Shown piece by piece: positions 9,578 to 19,252 of a stretch of 64,000 nt of DNA. Positions within the stretch are counted from its first letter, which is position 1. Every line of letters starts with the position of its first letter. Source of the stretch: Candidatus Lindowbacteria bacterium RIFCSPLOWO2_12_FULL_62_27 (GTDB lineage: Bacteria > Lindowbacteria > 2-12-FULL-62-27); assembly GCA_001784175.1 (NCBI GenBank), contig MFPR01000003.1, positions 1 to 64,000 on the forward strand. The letters are read 5' to 3'. A program made the position numbers and the translations under genes. The notes beneath the pieces were generated by a model. The model saw nothing but the letters and a program-made list of their open reading frames with translations. It did not search any database and had not been told where the DNA came from.

Positions 9578-9657
9578 GTCCCTGCTGTTTGACCCGGAGT
9601 GTTTCGCCATCCATGGCGAAACTTTTACTGAGACAGCAGGGACAATACATCCCTGTA
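9578..9657 (-). repeat. tRNA-linked 80-bp structured repeat, copy 1 (3' of tRNA-Leu)
   Basis: gtccctgctgt...ttcgccatccatggcgaa...acagcagggac aa tacatccctgta; closely similar copy at 9754-9833. Confidence 0.9.
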
Positions 9658-9738
9658 TGGGCGCGAGAGGACTTGAACCCCTACCCCTTTCGGGACCAGG
9701 TCCTAAGCCTGGAGCGTCTGCCATTCCGCCACGCGCCC
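9658..9738 (-). tRNA. tRNA-Leu(TAG)
   Basis: GGGCGCG acceptor stem, CCAGG-CTTAGGA-CCTGG anticodon arm, long variable arm, GTTCAAG T loop. Confidence 0.97.
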
Positions 9739-9753
9739 GTATACGGTCGTGCA

Positions 9754-9833
9754 GTCCCTGCTGTTGACCTCTGAGTGTTTTGCCATCCGTGGCAAAACTC
9801 TTGCTAAGACAGCAGGGACAATACATCCCTGTA
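9754..9833 (-). repeat. tRNA-linked 80-bp structured repeat, copy 2 (3' of tRNA-Lys)
   Basis: gtccctgctgt...ttttgccatccgtggcaaaa...acagcagggac aa tacatccctgta. Confidence 0.9.
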
Positions 9834-9906
<73 letters not shown>

Positions 9907-9961
9907 GCGTTTCAATTTCTGCCGTGCGACGGAACAGATTACAGTGGTACGGCGACCCCCG

Positions 9962-10774
9962 TCAAGCGGGCCCGCGCCGCTGCCGAACGATCGCGGCGGC
10001 CAGGAGGGCCGCGCCCATCAGGGTGATGATCATCGGGCCGCTGGGCCGGTCATACGAGAGCCACAGTCCGAGGAGGCTGAGGGCGAAACTCAAAGACCAG
10101 CCGAAGAGGAGGCGGGTGCGGAACCGGTCGAAAAACAGAGACGAGATGAGCGCGGGGACGATGAGGAACGTGAAGACGAGCAGCACGCCGGCCACCTGCA
10201 CCGAGGAGGTGACGACGATGCCGAACGTTGCATAGAAGAGGAAATCCCACCAGCGGATTCGAAGTCCCCGCCGGCCGGCCTCGTCCGGCTGAAAGGTGAT
10301 CTCGAAGAACGGCCGGCGAAAGGCGAAGTGGATCAGGCTGATCGCAGCGTAAATGGCCGCGATTTTGATGACTTCGCCGCTTCGCACCCAGACGATGCTG
10401 CCTTCGAGCAGCTCCTTGAGATGCTCCGCGCCGTGCGGGGCCTTGTCCAGAACGAGAACGGCCGCAGCGCCGGCGACGACGAAGATGACGCCGATGAAGG
10501 CCTCCTGCGGCTGGCCGCTTTTTCTCATGCGGCTGAGCGCGAAGAGCGCAGCGCCGCCGACCGTGAACGCGAGCGACAGCGCGTACGCCTGGATACTGTG
10601 CGGATCGTATCCTTGCAGAAAGGCAACCGCATAGCCGAGGGCCGATATTTGCGCGAGCGCGAGGTCCACGAAGATCACGTTCCGGGCCAGCACGTGGATT
10701 CCGAGATACGCGTGAATGCCGGCCAGGACAAAACAGGCGGCGGCGGGGAGCAGCATGTAGTGGAGGGATTCCAT
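9962..10774 (-). CDS. Zn/Mn-type (ABC-3) transporter permease
   Basis: YLGIHVLARNVIFVDLALAQISALG; SSVQVAGVLLVFTFLIVPA; multiple TM helices. Confidence 0.88.
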   Translation of the reverse strand: MESLHYMLLPAAACFVLAGIHAYLGIHVLARNVIFVDLALAQISALGYAVAFLQGYDPHSIQAYALSLAFTVGGAALFALSRMRKSGQPQEAFIGVIFVVAGAAAVLVLDKAPHGAEHLKELLEGSIVWVRSGEVIKIAAIYAAISLIHFAFRRPFFEITFQPDEAGRRGLRIRWWDFLFYATFGIVVTSSVQVAGVLLVFTFLIVPALISSLFFDRFRTRLLFGWSLSFALSLLGLWLSYDRPSGPMIITLMGAALLAAAIVRQRRGPA

Positions 10775-10778
10775 GGCG

Positions 10779-11693
10779 CTATTCTCCCCTTCCCGGTGTT
10801 TCCTTCAGCAGGGTGGACAGGATGACGTCGAAGAGCGCGAAATAGTCGTTTACGCCCGGCGCTCCCTGAACGTTGGCCGGGATGACGATCGTTCGCGCGC
10901 CGGACAGCGCGGCCATCCGCTCGGTGATCCGGGTGACTTCAAATGGCGCCAGGATGATCCGATCGACGCCCTCGCGTTTCATTTGCGCCAGCAGGTGGTC
11001 CCGGTGCCCGGCGGCCGGCGGAATTCCCGGTTTCTCCTCGATGGTTCCGCGCACGTCAATCCCGAACGCTTGCGCGAAGTAGCTCCACTCGCGGTGGCCG
11101 CTCACGACTTTGAACCCACGCAACGGCACGGCCTGTTTCGTCCAGCCGTCCATCTTCGCGGTGAGACGATCCGAAAAGGATTTGAGGTTTTCGTGATAGT
11201 CTCCGGCGCGATCGGGGTCAACGCGCGAGAGGCCCGCCGCGATGTTTTCTGCGAGAAGAAGACCGTTCTGCGGATTCAGCCAAACATGTGGATTGCCCTC
11301 CGGATGGATGTCGCCCTCGGCCCGGCTCAGATGCTGGGGAACTTCGATCGGCGCGATGCCTTGCGAGGCATAGACGTGCCCTGCTCGGCCCGGCATGACG
11401 TTCGCGTTCCCGGCGACGTCCAGGAGCCGCTCCGTCCACAACTCGAACTGCAGGCCCAGCTCCACGAACAGGTCGGCCTGCGAAACCGCAGCGGCCAGGC
11501 TCGGACGCGGAATGACGTAATGCGGGTCCTCCGTGCCCTTGGCCAGCGCACGCACCGTCACGTTCGATCCGCCCACGTGGCGCGCGATGTCCGCCAGAAC
11601 GGGCAGCGTCGCCACGACGCGGACTTCGGCGCCCGCCGAAGTGGCGATCCACGAAAGCAAAAGACAGATGGATATCGGCCTCATGGTCATCAC
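10779..11693 (-). CDS. Cluster A-I metal-binding periplasmic protein (ZnuA/TroA-like)
   Basis: EDPHY, GDIHPEGNPHVWLNP, EEKPGIPP. Confidence 0.9.
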   Translation of the reverse strand: MMTMRPISICLLLSWIATSAGAEVRVVATLPVLADIARHVGGSNVTVRALAKGTEDPHYVIPRPSLAAAVSQADLFVELGLQFELWTERLLDVAGNANVMPGRAGHVYASQGIAPIEVPQHLSRAEGDIHPEGNPHVWLNPQNGLLLAENIAAGLSRVDPDRAGDYHENLKSFSDRLTAKMDGWTKQAVPLRGFKVVSGHREWSYFAQAFGIDVRGTIEEKPGIPPAAGHRDHLLAQMKREGVDRIILAPFEVTRITERMAALSGARTIVIPANVQGAPGVNDYFALFDVILSTLLKETPGRGE

Positions 11694-12887
11694 CTACTTG
11701 CTGAACCAATACGGCTCGGCGGGATGCGCGCCGAACACGAATGTGATCTGGCCGTAAATCGTGGACTGGTCCGGCCCTGGCGTTCCGCCGATCTCCGGGC
11801 CCGCGGAATTCTGATACTCGTACCCGAGCCGCAGGCGCAGAAATTCTGTGGTATAGAACGAAACGTATCCGCCGATTTTCCTGTCCACGAGGGTTTTGTT
11901 GTTCAGCACCTGCGCCCTGTCGTACCGAACGCCGGCGAACCACCGTTGATACGGCTGAATCTGCAGAAGGCCGTAGGCGCCCGATGCGTTTCTCCGGTAG
12001 ATCGCGAGGGCGGGTTCCTCCCGGCTCATGTAGAAAAATTCGCCCTGGACCACCGTCGACCACAGGCCCTTCGGCTGATGCGCGCGCCACTTGTACATGA
12101 AGTCTCCGCCGAGGACCTCGTTGCGATGATGGACATTGTCGGTCACCCGCTTGCCGTTCATGTAACTCGTCCCAAGCTCCATGAAACTTTCGGGGTCCAG
12201 TTCCATATAATACTTGGCCCGGCCTAGATACGCCGGATCGCGCGAACTCACGCCGCCGAACTGGGTCGCGTTCTCCCCGTTGAACACCTCGCCCGTCAGG
12301 CTCAGCACATGGTCGGGATTTTTCTGCGGCATGATGTAATGAACCGACAGGCCCATCTCCGCCATCCCGTCTTCTCCCAGAAATGTCTGGATCGGCAGCG
12401 GCAGGGTCGATTGCGGAAGGTCGTGCAGGTGAAGCTGGTTTAAAATTCCGAACGCGTTCTTGAATTTCCCGGCTTTCGCGCTCACTCCGCGCGAAAGGGC
12501 CGTGAAAAGCACGTAGCCCTCCTCGATGGCGACCGATGCGGGTTGCAGCGGCCGCTCCTGCGACAGGGCCGTGATCAGCACGCCCTTGGCGTAGGGATCG
12601 ACGTCCGCGCGGAGGTCCAGCTCGACCTCGCGCATGTTAAAGCGGTCGGAAATCTCCTCGTTGTTCTCGTTCCGCACCGGCCCGTTGTCGATCCGGCCTG
12701 TGAAATCGCCGAACGCGGTGATTCGTGGATTGAACTCGTTGCCGCCCGACGCCCGCGGTTTGCCTGCCTGCCGCTCAAGCTCCGCGAGGCGCGCTTGGAG
12801 CGCGCGGATTTCCTCGCGGACCGATTCGTCCGCGGTGGATACCGTGGTCTGGAATAAAAATAGAATCAGCATGAACCCTCGTTTCAT
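11694..12887 (-). CDS. Outer-membrane beta-barrel associated with metal uptake
   Basis: SD GGAGG, signal peptide, coiled coil, REVELDLRADVDPY, NQLHLHD, C-terminal GAHPAEPY. Confidence 0.75.
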   Translation of the reverse strand: MKRGFMLILFLFQTTVSTADESVREEIRALQARLAELERQAGKPRASGGNEFNPRITAFGDFTGRIDNGPVRNENNEEISDRFNMREVELDLRADVDPYAKGVLITALSQERPLQPASVAIEEGYVLFTALSRGVSAKAGKFKNAFGILNQLHLHDLPQSTLPLPIQTFLGEDGMAEMGLSVHYIMPQKNPDHVLSLTGEVFNGENATQFGGVSSRDPAYLGRAKYYMELDPESFMELGTSYMNGKRVTDNVHHRNEVLGGDFMYKWRAHQPKGLWSTVVQGEFFYMSREEPALAIYRRNASGAYGLLQIQPYQRWFAGVRYDRAQVLNNKTLVDRKIGGYVSFYTTEFLRLRLGYEYQNSAGPEIGGTPGPDQSTIYGQITFVFGAHPAEPYWFSK

Positions 12888-12966
12888 GATGGATGCCTCC
12901 CGAACAAATTGAGATGTGGCGGCCTTCCAAGGCGCCTTGGGTACGACTGTCAGAACCGGGAAAAAA

Positions 12967-13335
12967 TCAGGAGAGCGAAACGGGAGGCGCGCGAATGTCC
13001 GCGGAGCGAGGGTGGAACCGCCCAAACGGGTGATCGGACAAAATCGTGGGTCCATCGCCGACACCGAGCACGGCGTCGGCGATCGCGGCGCCGGTCCACA
13101 TCTGGTCGGCGGCCGTGCGGCTCATCTGGCACAAGAGACACCCGTCGGACAGGACACTCACGGGGCCGGAGGCCGCAGGCCGGGAATTGTCGGAGAGGAT
13201 CGTCCGGGTGAAGGGTCCGGGATGTGAGTGATAGGGCAATATCCAGCAACCGAGCGTCACCGAAATCGTCAGCCACAGGGACAGCCATCTCTTCCACGAT
13301 CCCGGTCGCGCGCAGGGCATGAACACTTGTTTCAT
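12967..13335 (-). CDS. DUF2946-like leader peptide (TM, HxH, CxxC, C-terminal RAPP)
   Basis: WLSLWLTISVTLGCWIL, HSH, CLLC, IRAPP near the stop; promoter TTGACG-17-TAACGT-7-ATG. Confidence 0.75.
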   Translation of the reverse strand: MKQVFMPCARPGSWKRWLSLWLTISVTLGCWILPYHSHPGPFTRTILSDNSRPAASGPVSVLSDGCLLCQMSRTAADQMWTGAAIADAVLGVGDGPTILSDHPFGRFHPRSADIRAPPVSLS

Positions 13336-13427
13336 TGCACGCACGTTAGGAAACCCCGCTGCATTCGTCAAGGGCGGCGGCTCACCGCAAGAGGCAAAGC
13401 CGATGTTTGCATACGGACTTTCCTCAT

Positions 13428-14723
13428 TCAGGATGCACCCAACAGCCATTTCCAAACCGGACGGACGGCGACTTTTTTCCCGTGAATCGTCTCCGTACCC
13501 TCTTCATTGTAAGTCAGGATCATTCCATTTCGAATGCCGAAGGACTCCATCGCCTCGGCCAGGCCGCGCAACTCCCGATCCCGGCTGCTCGCGTCGATCT
13601 GCCATGCGACCTGAACGGCCGTTCGCGGCCGGGCGCCGTCCAAGATGACAAAATCGCATTCGTATCGGTCGCGCGAGTAGAATTGCCGCTCGCGTCTTCT
13701 CATCAGCTCGATGGACACGATGTTCTCCAAAATCTTTCCTCGATTTTCGCCCGACGCCACGCCCAGCGTCCGGAATCCGACGTCGATCAGATAGGACTTT
13801 CGCGGGTTTGCCAGCCGGTTTTTCGGCGAAAATGAAAACTTCTCGTTCAGGATGACAAAAAACGCCTCGTCCAAATACCGGAGATAATTCGAAATCGTTC
13901 GCTTACTGACGGCGCCCAGATTTTGCTTCGCCTGCCGCTCAAACGACGAAATGGAAAACAGATCGGCATACGTATTGAGACAGTATCCCATCATCGATTC
14001 CAACAGCGCCTTCGCCTTGATGTTGTACTGCTCGATGATGTCCTTGTAGAAAATTGTGGTCAGATACGTCTGCAGAAGCTTGCGTTTTTCGGCGTTTGTC
14101 TCCCGCGCCGCCACCTCCGGATAGCCGCCCCATGCGCAATAGTCGTCAAACGCCCGGAGCAATTTCCCGCGGCCGTGGGTATGGAGCGTGGCCGCCGTGT
14201 AGGAAACATTCCTGTATCGGAGAAACTCCTCGAAGGAAAAAGGCAGAATCAGCGTGTCTGCATACCGGCCCCGAAGTTCCGTCGCGACTTCGCGGCCGAG
14301 CAGTCGCGAGTTGCTTCCGGAAACCACGATGCGATATCGCCGGCGATTGTGAAGCGTCCGAAGAACCCGGCTCCAGTGCGGCAGATGATGGACTTCGTCG
14401 AAAAACAGAACCTTCGGGTCCTTGCCGGCGATCTGCCGAAACGCGGTGAAGAGCGCGTCCATGTCGGCCGGCCCAAATCCGATCAGCCGGTAATCCTCAA
14501 AGTCCACGAACAGAATGTCGTCTTTGCGCAGGCCTTCAGCCAGAAGGTTGCCGATGTACTGATACATGAGATAGGTCTTCCCCGCGCGCCGCGGCCCCAC
14601 AATGGCCAGGATGTCCGACCGGCGGTTCAGGTCGAGCCGGCCGCCTGTTCGGGGCGTCAATTCCGGCACGCGCGTTTCTTCAAGCCATTCGGCGACAATC
14701 GGTTTAAGAGCGGTCTCGTTCAT
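13428..14723 (-). CDS. AAA_14/DUF4143 ATP-binding protein
   Basis: GPRRAGKT, FFDEVH, SGSNS, GGYPE, KSYLIDVG, LENIV, ECDF. Confidence 0.9.
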   Translation of the reverse strand: MNETALKPIVAEWLEETRVPELTPRTGGRLDLNRRSDILAIVGPRRAGKTYLMYQYIGNLLAEGLRKDDILFVDFEDYRLIGFGPADMDALFTAFRQIAGKDPKVLFFDEVHHLPHWSRVLRTLHNRRRYRIVVSGSNSRLLGREVATELRGRYADTLILPFSFEEFLRYRNVSYTAATLHTHGRGKLLRAFDDYCAWGGYPEVAARETNAEKRKLLQTYLTTIFYKDIIEQYNIKAKALLESMMGYCLNTYADLFSISSFERQAKQNLGAVSKRTISNYLRYLDEAFFVILNEKFSFSPKNRLANPRKSYLIDVGFRTLGVASGENRGKILENIVSIELMRRRERQFYSRDRYECDFVILDGARPRTAVQVAWQIDASSRDRELRGLAEAMESFGIRNGMILTYNEEGTETIHGKKVAVRPVWKWLLGAS

Positions 14724-15386
14724 TGCGTTTTCTCAAGTAAACAATTTTGCATAAAAGCGTTTACTTTGCAACCACTCTTGCCCCTCGGCGCTTGCGCGGG
14801 GAGTTTCAGGTGGAAGCGGACGGGGTTGATCTGGAGGTGTGAGGACATGCGGGAAGAGTGTCGAGCGGCCGGTGGCCGGCCGGTCAGCCCTGGGAGATAT
14901 GTTCACCCCAAGGCAGGTCATCCAGAAATGGTTCGGCCGATGTCGGGGACATCGGCACTTGGGGCGTCGGAGACGCTGATCCGGCGCAGACAGTTGGAGT
15001 TTGCGGCGCGGATGTCAACCGGTCAGCGGGGCAGATGCACGACACGATTTCTGACCTCCCGCCTTCCATATTCCCCCCATCTCACTTCTAAGTTTCAGCA
15101 GAGCGATCAGCATCAGCCCGATACGTTCGCCAGGGAGTTTATCCGGCCAGCAGCCAAACGCCGCTGGCGAAAATAATGCCGCCGCTCACCACGGGCATCC
15201 ACAGCGCGGCTTTGTCCGTGAGCACGAATTTTTCGGCCAGTTTCCCGCCCTGGACTGCAAGGAGAGAATGGAAGATATTCGCGGGCTTCAGAACAAAGAA
15301 TAAAAGACACTGCCCTTTTTCTGCCCTTTTGGTTTCATTTTTTCCCGATTTTGGGGTTTGCCCGACCGTTTCCCCTCGATCCCGCA

Positions 15387-15460
15387 TGGGCGGTGACGGG
15401 CTCGAACCGCCGACCTCCTCCTTGTAAGGGAGGCGCTCTGACCAGCTGAGCTAACCGCCC
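15387..15460 (-). tRNA. tRNA-Val(TAC)
   Basis: GGGCGGT acceptor stem, CCTCC-CTTACAA-GGAGG anticodon arm, GTTCGAG T loop. Confidence 0.97.
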
Positions 15461-15497
15461 GGGACTTTCGGGAGCATACTACCATATGTACAGGAGG

Positions 15498-16307
15498 TCA
15501 CAATTTGTGACCCCCTCCGGATTCCAATCGTCCCAGGAGCCGCAAGAGGCCGTCGAGGATCGTCAGCGGGTGCGGGGGGCAGCCGGGAATGTAGAGATCG
15601 ACGGGGAGGGGGTCCGCCGCGGCGGGTGGGTTGTCCGCGCCCACCAGGACCGCCGGACTTCCCCGGAACGGGCCCCCGCTGATGGCGCAGGCGCCGACGG
15701 CAATGACGAGCCGGGGCTGCGGAATGGCGTCGTACGTTTTCTGAAGGGCCAGCTTCATGTTTTTCGTGACGGGGCCGGTCAAGAGAATCCCGTCCGCGTG
15801 CCGGGGCGAGGCGACGAACTGAATGCCGAACCGGCCAAGGTCGAACACCACGTTGTTCAGCGCCTGAAGCTCCAATGCGCATCCGCTGCAATCTCCCGCC
15901 GCGACCTGCCGGAGTTTGAGCGACCGGCCGAAGAGGCTTTTCATTTTTGCGTCAAGCGCCGCCGCAAGCCGCATCTCAGCGCCGTTTCCCGCGAGGACCA
16001 GGTCCTCCCGGTTCCGGGCCGCCATCCGGTGATCCGCCGTGTAGCGAATCGCGCCTTCCGGACATGCGTTCACACATTCGGCGCAGAAGAGGCACCGGCC
16101 AAGATCGAGCCGGATGCCCGGGTCGAATCGGATCGCCTGCGTCGGGCAGGATTTCTCGCAGTCGTCACAGCCCTCCGGGCACTTCGTGCCGTCGATGGCG
16201 GGCCGCCCGCGGAACCGATCGGGAAACGTCGGCGCCTCCTCGGGCCATGCGGTCGTGCGGTGTCCCTGCCTCAGCCGGGTTTTCAGGACGTTCCATGCGT
16301 TGATCAT
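15498..16307 (-). CDS. Ehr/hydrogenase-4 small subunit (NuoB-like) fused to an N-terminal 2x[4Fe-4S] domain
   Basis: CPEGCDDCEKSCP, CLFCAECVNACP, CSGC, ASPRHAD, GACA, PGCPP. Confidence 0.88.
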   Translation of the reverse strand: MINAWNVLKTRLRQGHRTTAWPEEAPTFPDRFRGRPAIDGTKCPEGCDDCEKSCPTQAIRFDPGIRLDLGRCLFCAECVNACPEGAIRYTADHRMAARNREDLVLAGNGAEMRLAAALDAKMKSLFGRSLKLRQVAAGDCSGCALELQALNNVVFDLGRFGIQFVASPRHADGILLTGPVTKNMKLALQKTYDAIPQPRLVIAVGACAISGGPFRGSPAVLVGADNPPAAADPLPVDLYIPGCPPHPLTILDGLLRLLGRLESGGGHKL

Positions 16308-16312
16308 CCGGG

Positions 16313-17779
16313 CTAGAGGTCGTGTCCGGCGTAGGAGAGGTTGAAACTTTTGTTGCACAGCGGGAAATCCGAAATCGGAGTTTCGCGCAATGCGAGCGAA
16401 AGAGCCGTCCAGTTGTGAAAGGACGGGTCCTTGATTTTGTATCGTTGAATTTCCCCGGCCTCGCCTGTGCTCGCCACGTGCGTGATCTCTCCGCGCCAGC
16501 CTTCCACCAGCGACACGGCCATCCGGCGCGGGGGCCGGGCGCCGCAGGTGTTTCTCAGGTCCTGCGATCCTTCCGGCAGGTCCCGGACCTGGGATTCGAG
16601 AAAATGAATGCTGCGTTCGATCTCGAGCCTTCTCACCATCGCCCGCGCGTACACGTCGCCGCCGGACACCGTGGAAACCGGAATGTGCGCAAATCGATAC
16701 GCGCCGTGAGGGTGATCCGAGCGCACATCGATCGTCCATCCGCAGGCGCGGGCCGCGGGGCCGACCAGTCCGAGATCGCGGCAGGCCCACTCCGAAACGG
16801 TCCCCGCACCCTCCAACCGGGCCAGCACGGAAGGCGTCTCGAACATGAGATCCGCCGCCGAATGGATTTCCCTGCCGGCGCGGTTCAATGTCGACAGGAA
16901 GTCATCGGCCATCCGCGGGTGCAAATCAAAGAGGACGCCGCCGGGCCGGATCAGCGACCGCCCATAGCGGTTCCCGGACAGATCCATCAGCATGTTCAGA
17001 AACTCTCCGCGCAACCGCCCGAAGTAGGCCGCGGACGGGAGGAATCCCACGTCGGCGCACAGCGCGCCCAGATCCCCCACGTGATTCGCCAGGCGCTCCA
17101 GTTCCAGCGCGACGGCCCGCAGGGCGTGGGCGCGCGGAGAAACCGCGCAGGCCGACAGCGCCTCGGTGACATTGCAATATGCTGTCGCGTGGCCGATCAC
17201 GGTATCGCCGGCGATCGATTCCGCCACGACCATCGCTCTATGCGCGGGCGCGGTTTCGAGGAGCGTTTCGGCGCCGCGGTGCTGGTAGCCGAGCTGGATC
17301 TCGAGATGCAGGACGTTTTCTCCCTGACACTGGAACCGGAAATGTCCCGGCTCGATGATTCCCGCATGGACCGGACCGACCGCCACCTCGTGCAGTTCCT
17401 CGCCGCGCGCGGAAAAAAATGGCGTGCCGCCGGGATAGCGGACGGGCTTGAGCCACGGATGGCCGGCGGGAACCACCTCGAATTGCTCGGCGATCTCGCG
17501 CTCGAAAAGATGCGCCTGCGGGCAATCCGGCGTGAGCGATTCGAACCGGCCGGTGACGGCGGTCGACAGGACCGACAGCTTATTTTCGGCGTCGTGGGCA
17601 AGGACGCAGAAGAGGCCTATGGTTCGGTTTTCCTGTTGTATCCCGAACAACGCGGATATCCTCAGTCCCCTCCCGACGCCGTCCAGAATCTCCTGCCGGA
17701 ATTTCGACGGCGGCAGGCGCGGAACATCGCCGATCTTGAACGATTCGCCGTTTTGGGCCGTGAGCATTTCCACCGTCAC
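16313..17779 (-). CDS. Ehr large subunit (NuoC/D, HyfG-like) without Ni-Fe ligands
   Basis: FEREIAE, VGPVHAGIIEPGHFRF, EGWRGE, DPSFHNW, ends SFNLSYAGHDL. Start is GTG 17779 or ATG 17767. Confidence 0.88.
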   Translation of the reverse strand: MTVEMLTAQNGESFKIGDVPRLPPSKFRQEILDGVGRGLRISALFGIQQENRTIGLFCVLAHDAENKLSVLSTAVTGRFESLTPDCPQAHLFEREIAEQFEVVPAGHPWLKPVRYPGGTPFFSARGEELHEVAVGPVHAGIIEPGHFRFQCQGENVLHLEIQLGYQHRGAETLLETAPAHRAMVVAESIAGDTVIGHATAYCNVTEALSACAVSPRAHALRAVALELERLANHVGDLGALCADVGFLPSAAYFGRLRGEFLNMLMDLSGNRYGRSLIRPGGVLFDLHPRMADDFLSTLNRAGREIHSAADLMFETPSVLARLEGAGTVSEWACRDLGLVGPAARACGWTIDVRSDHPHGAYRFAHIPVSTVSGGDVYARAMVRRLEIERSIHFLESQVRDLPEGSQDLRNTCGARPPRRMAVSLVEGWRGEITHVASTGEAGEIQRYKIKDPSFHNWTALSLALRETPISDFPLCNKSFNLSYAGHDL

Positions 17780-19245
17780 GGCCCCGCGATCAGGCGCGCG
17801 GCCCGTTCGAACACCGCCGACAGGCCGGCCGGAATCCAGACGCCGGTGAGGATGAGCCACGCCGTCATGGACGCCGCCAGCGCGCGCGCGCCGGAAGTCT
17901 CCGGGCGTGGCGCCTCCAATCGCGCAGGAGGATCTCCGGACGCCATGTCGATGGCGTGTTTGAGCGCGCCGCAGAAGACAACGGCGACCGCCGCGAGAAA
18001 AACGGCGCTTGCGGCGAAATGCCCGCCTGAAATCCCCGCGCGGACGATCAGAAACTCGCTCATGAAAATCGCGCCCGGCGCGCAGCCGATCAGGACGAGG
18101 AGCGAGGCGAACAGGCCGGTTCCCCAGACGGGGCACGCGGCGGCGCTGCCGGAAATCGATTCCATATTTCTGGTTCCATACCGCTGCCCGACCCGGCCCG
18201 CGCAAAAGAACGCCAGGGATTTGCAGACGGAATGATTGAGCGTGTGATAGAGGGCCGCAACACAGCCGGCGGGCCCGAACCCCAGGCCGACCGTGATGAT
18301 GCCCATGTGTTCCACGCTGTGGTAGGCGAGCAGGCGCTTGACGTCCCGCTGGATCAGGATGAACACTCCGGCCACGGCCATCGAAGCCAGGCCGAATCCC
18401 ACGAGAATCCGCCGGCCCCATTCGGGCGTTCCGGTGGCCGCTGAGACAATCGGAAGAAACCGGCAGATGCAGTAGGAGGCGCAATTGAGCAGAACGCCGG
18501 AAAAGACGGCCGACACGGGCGTCGGCGCCTGGCTGTGCGCGTCAGGCAACCACGTGTGCATCGGCGCAAGGCCCATTTTGGTCCCGTAGCCGACCACCAT
18601 CAGCACGAATCCGATCTTGACCAGCGCCGGATTCATCCCGCCCGCGCGGGCGACGAGGTCCGGCCAGCGCAGGGCGCCCTCTCCGGCCGCGCCCGGCGAG
18701 GGCGATGCGCCGTGGATGAAGACGGTGCCCAACAGTCCGAGGACGAGTCCGGCCGAACAGATGATGAGATATTTCCAGGCGGCTTCGATGGACAGCCGGT
18801 CGGAATGGGTGCAAATCAGAAACGCGGACGCCAGCGTTGTCGATTCCATTGCGACCCACATCAGGCCTACGTTGCTGAACAGGAGCACGCCCGCCATGGA
18901 CCCGAGGAACGAAAACCACAACGCGCCGAATCTCCGGGCCTGCCGGTCGTCCAGTGACTGCGCGGCCGGCTCGTGATTGAAATAGTCGCGGGCATAGATG
19001 GACGAAAAAAGAAAAATCCCCGTCACCAGGCAGAGATGAAATGCCGACAGCGCGTCCAGCGCCAGATGGCCGAAACAGGCGTCGATGGCGCCGCGGCGGT
19101 ACACGACCGCGCCCGCGGCCGCAGCGATCGTGGCCTCGAGGGCGGACCCGGCGATGAGGCACGCGAAAACCGCCGTCCGGCGTCGGATCAGGAGGCACAA
19201 GATCGCGCCCGCCACAGGCACGGCCGCCAGCGCCCACAGAATCAT
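17776..19245 (-). CDS. hyfF: HyfF-like antiporter membrane subunit
   Basis: WVAMESTTL, EAAWKY, GTKMGLAPMHTWLPDAHSQAP, KRLLAYHSVEH. Confidence 0.88.
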   Translation of the reverse strand: MILWALAAVPVAGAILCLLIRRRTAVFACLIAGSALEATIAAAAGAVVYRRGAIDACFGHLALDALSAFHLCLVTGIFLFSSIYARDYFNHEPAAQSLDDRQARRFGALWFSFLGSMAGVLLFSNVGLMWVAMESTTLASAFLICTHSDRLSIEAAWKYLIICSAGLVLGLLGTVFIHGASPSPGAAGEGALRWPDLVARAGGMNPALVKIGFVLMVVGYGTKMGLAPMHTWLPDAHSQAPTPVSAVFSGVLLNCASYCICRFLPIVSAATGTPEWGRRILVGFGLASMAVAGVFILIQRDVKRLLAYHSVEHMGIITVGLGFGPAGCVAALYHTLNHSVCKSLAFFCAGRVGQRYGTRNMESISGSAAACPVWGTGLFASLLVLIGCAPGAIFMSEFLIVRAGISGGHFAASAVFLAAVAVVFCGALKHAIDMASGDPPARLEAPRPETSGARALAASMTAWLILTGVWIPAGLSAVFERAARLIAGP

Positions 19246-19252
19246 GTGTCCG

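Noticed and set aside
9578-9833. tRNA-linked repeats or the 35886-35965 hairpin as integron attC sites
   Set aside because: No RYYYAAC/GTTRRRY ends and no integrase.
16313-18484. The 723-aa ORF as a fusion protein (also the extended ORFs to 16790, 21810 and 13064)
   Set aside because: The N-terminal extensions overlap upstream genes in another frame; real starts sit at coupled stop/start junctions or SD sites.
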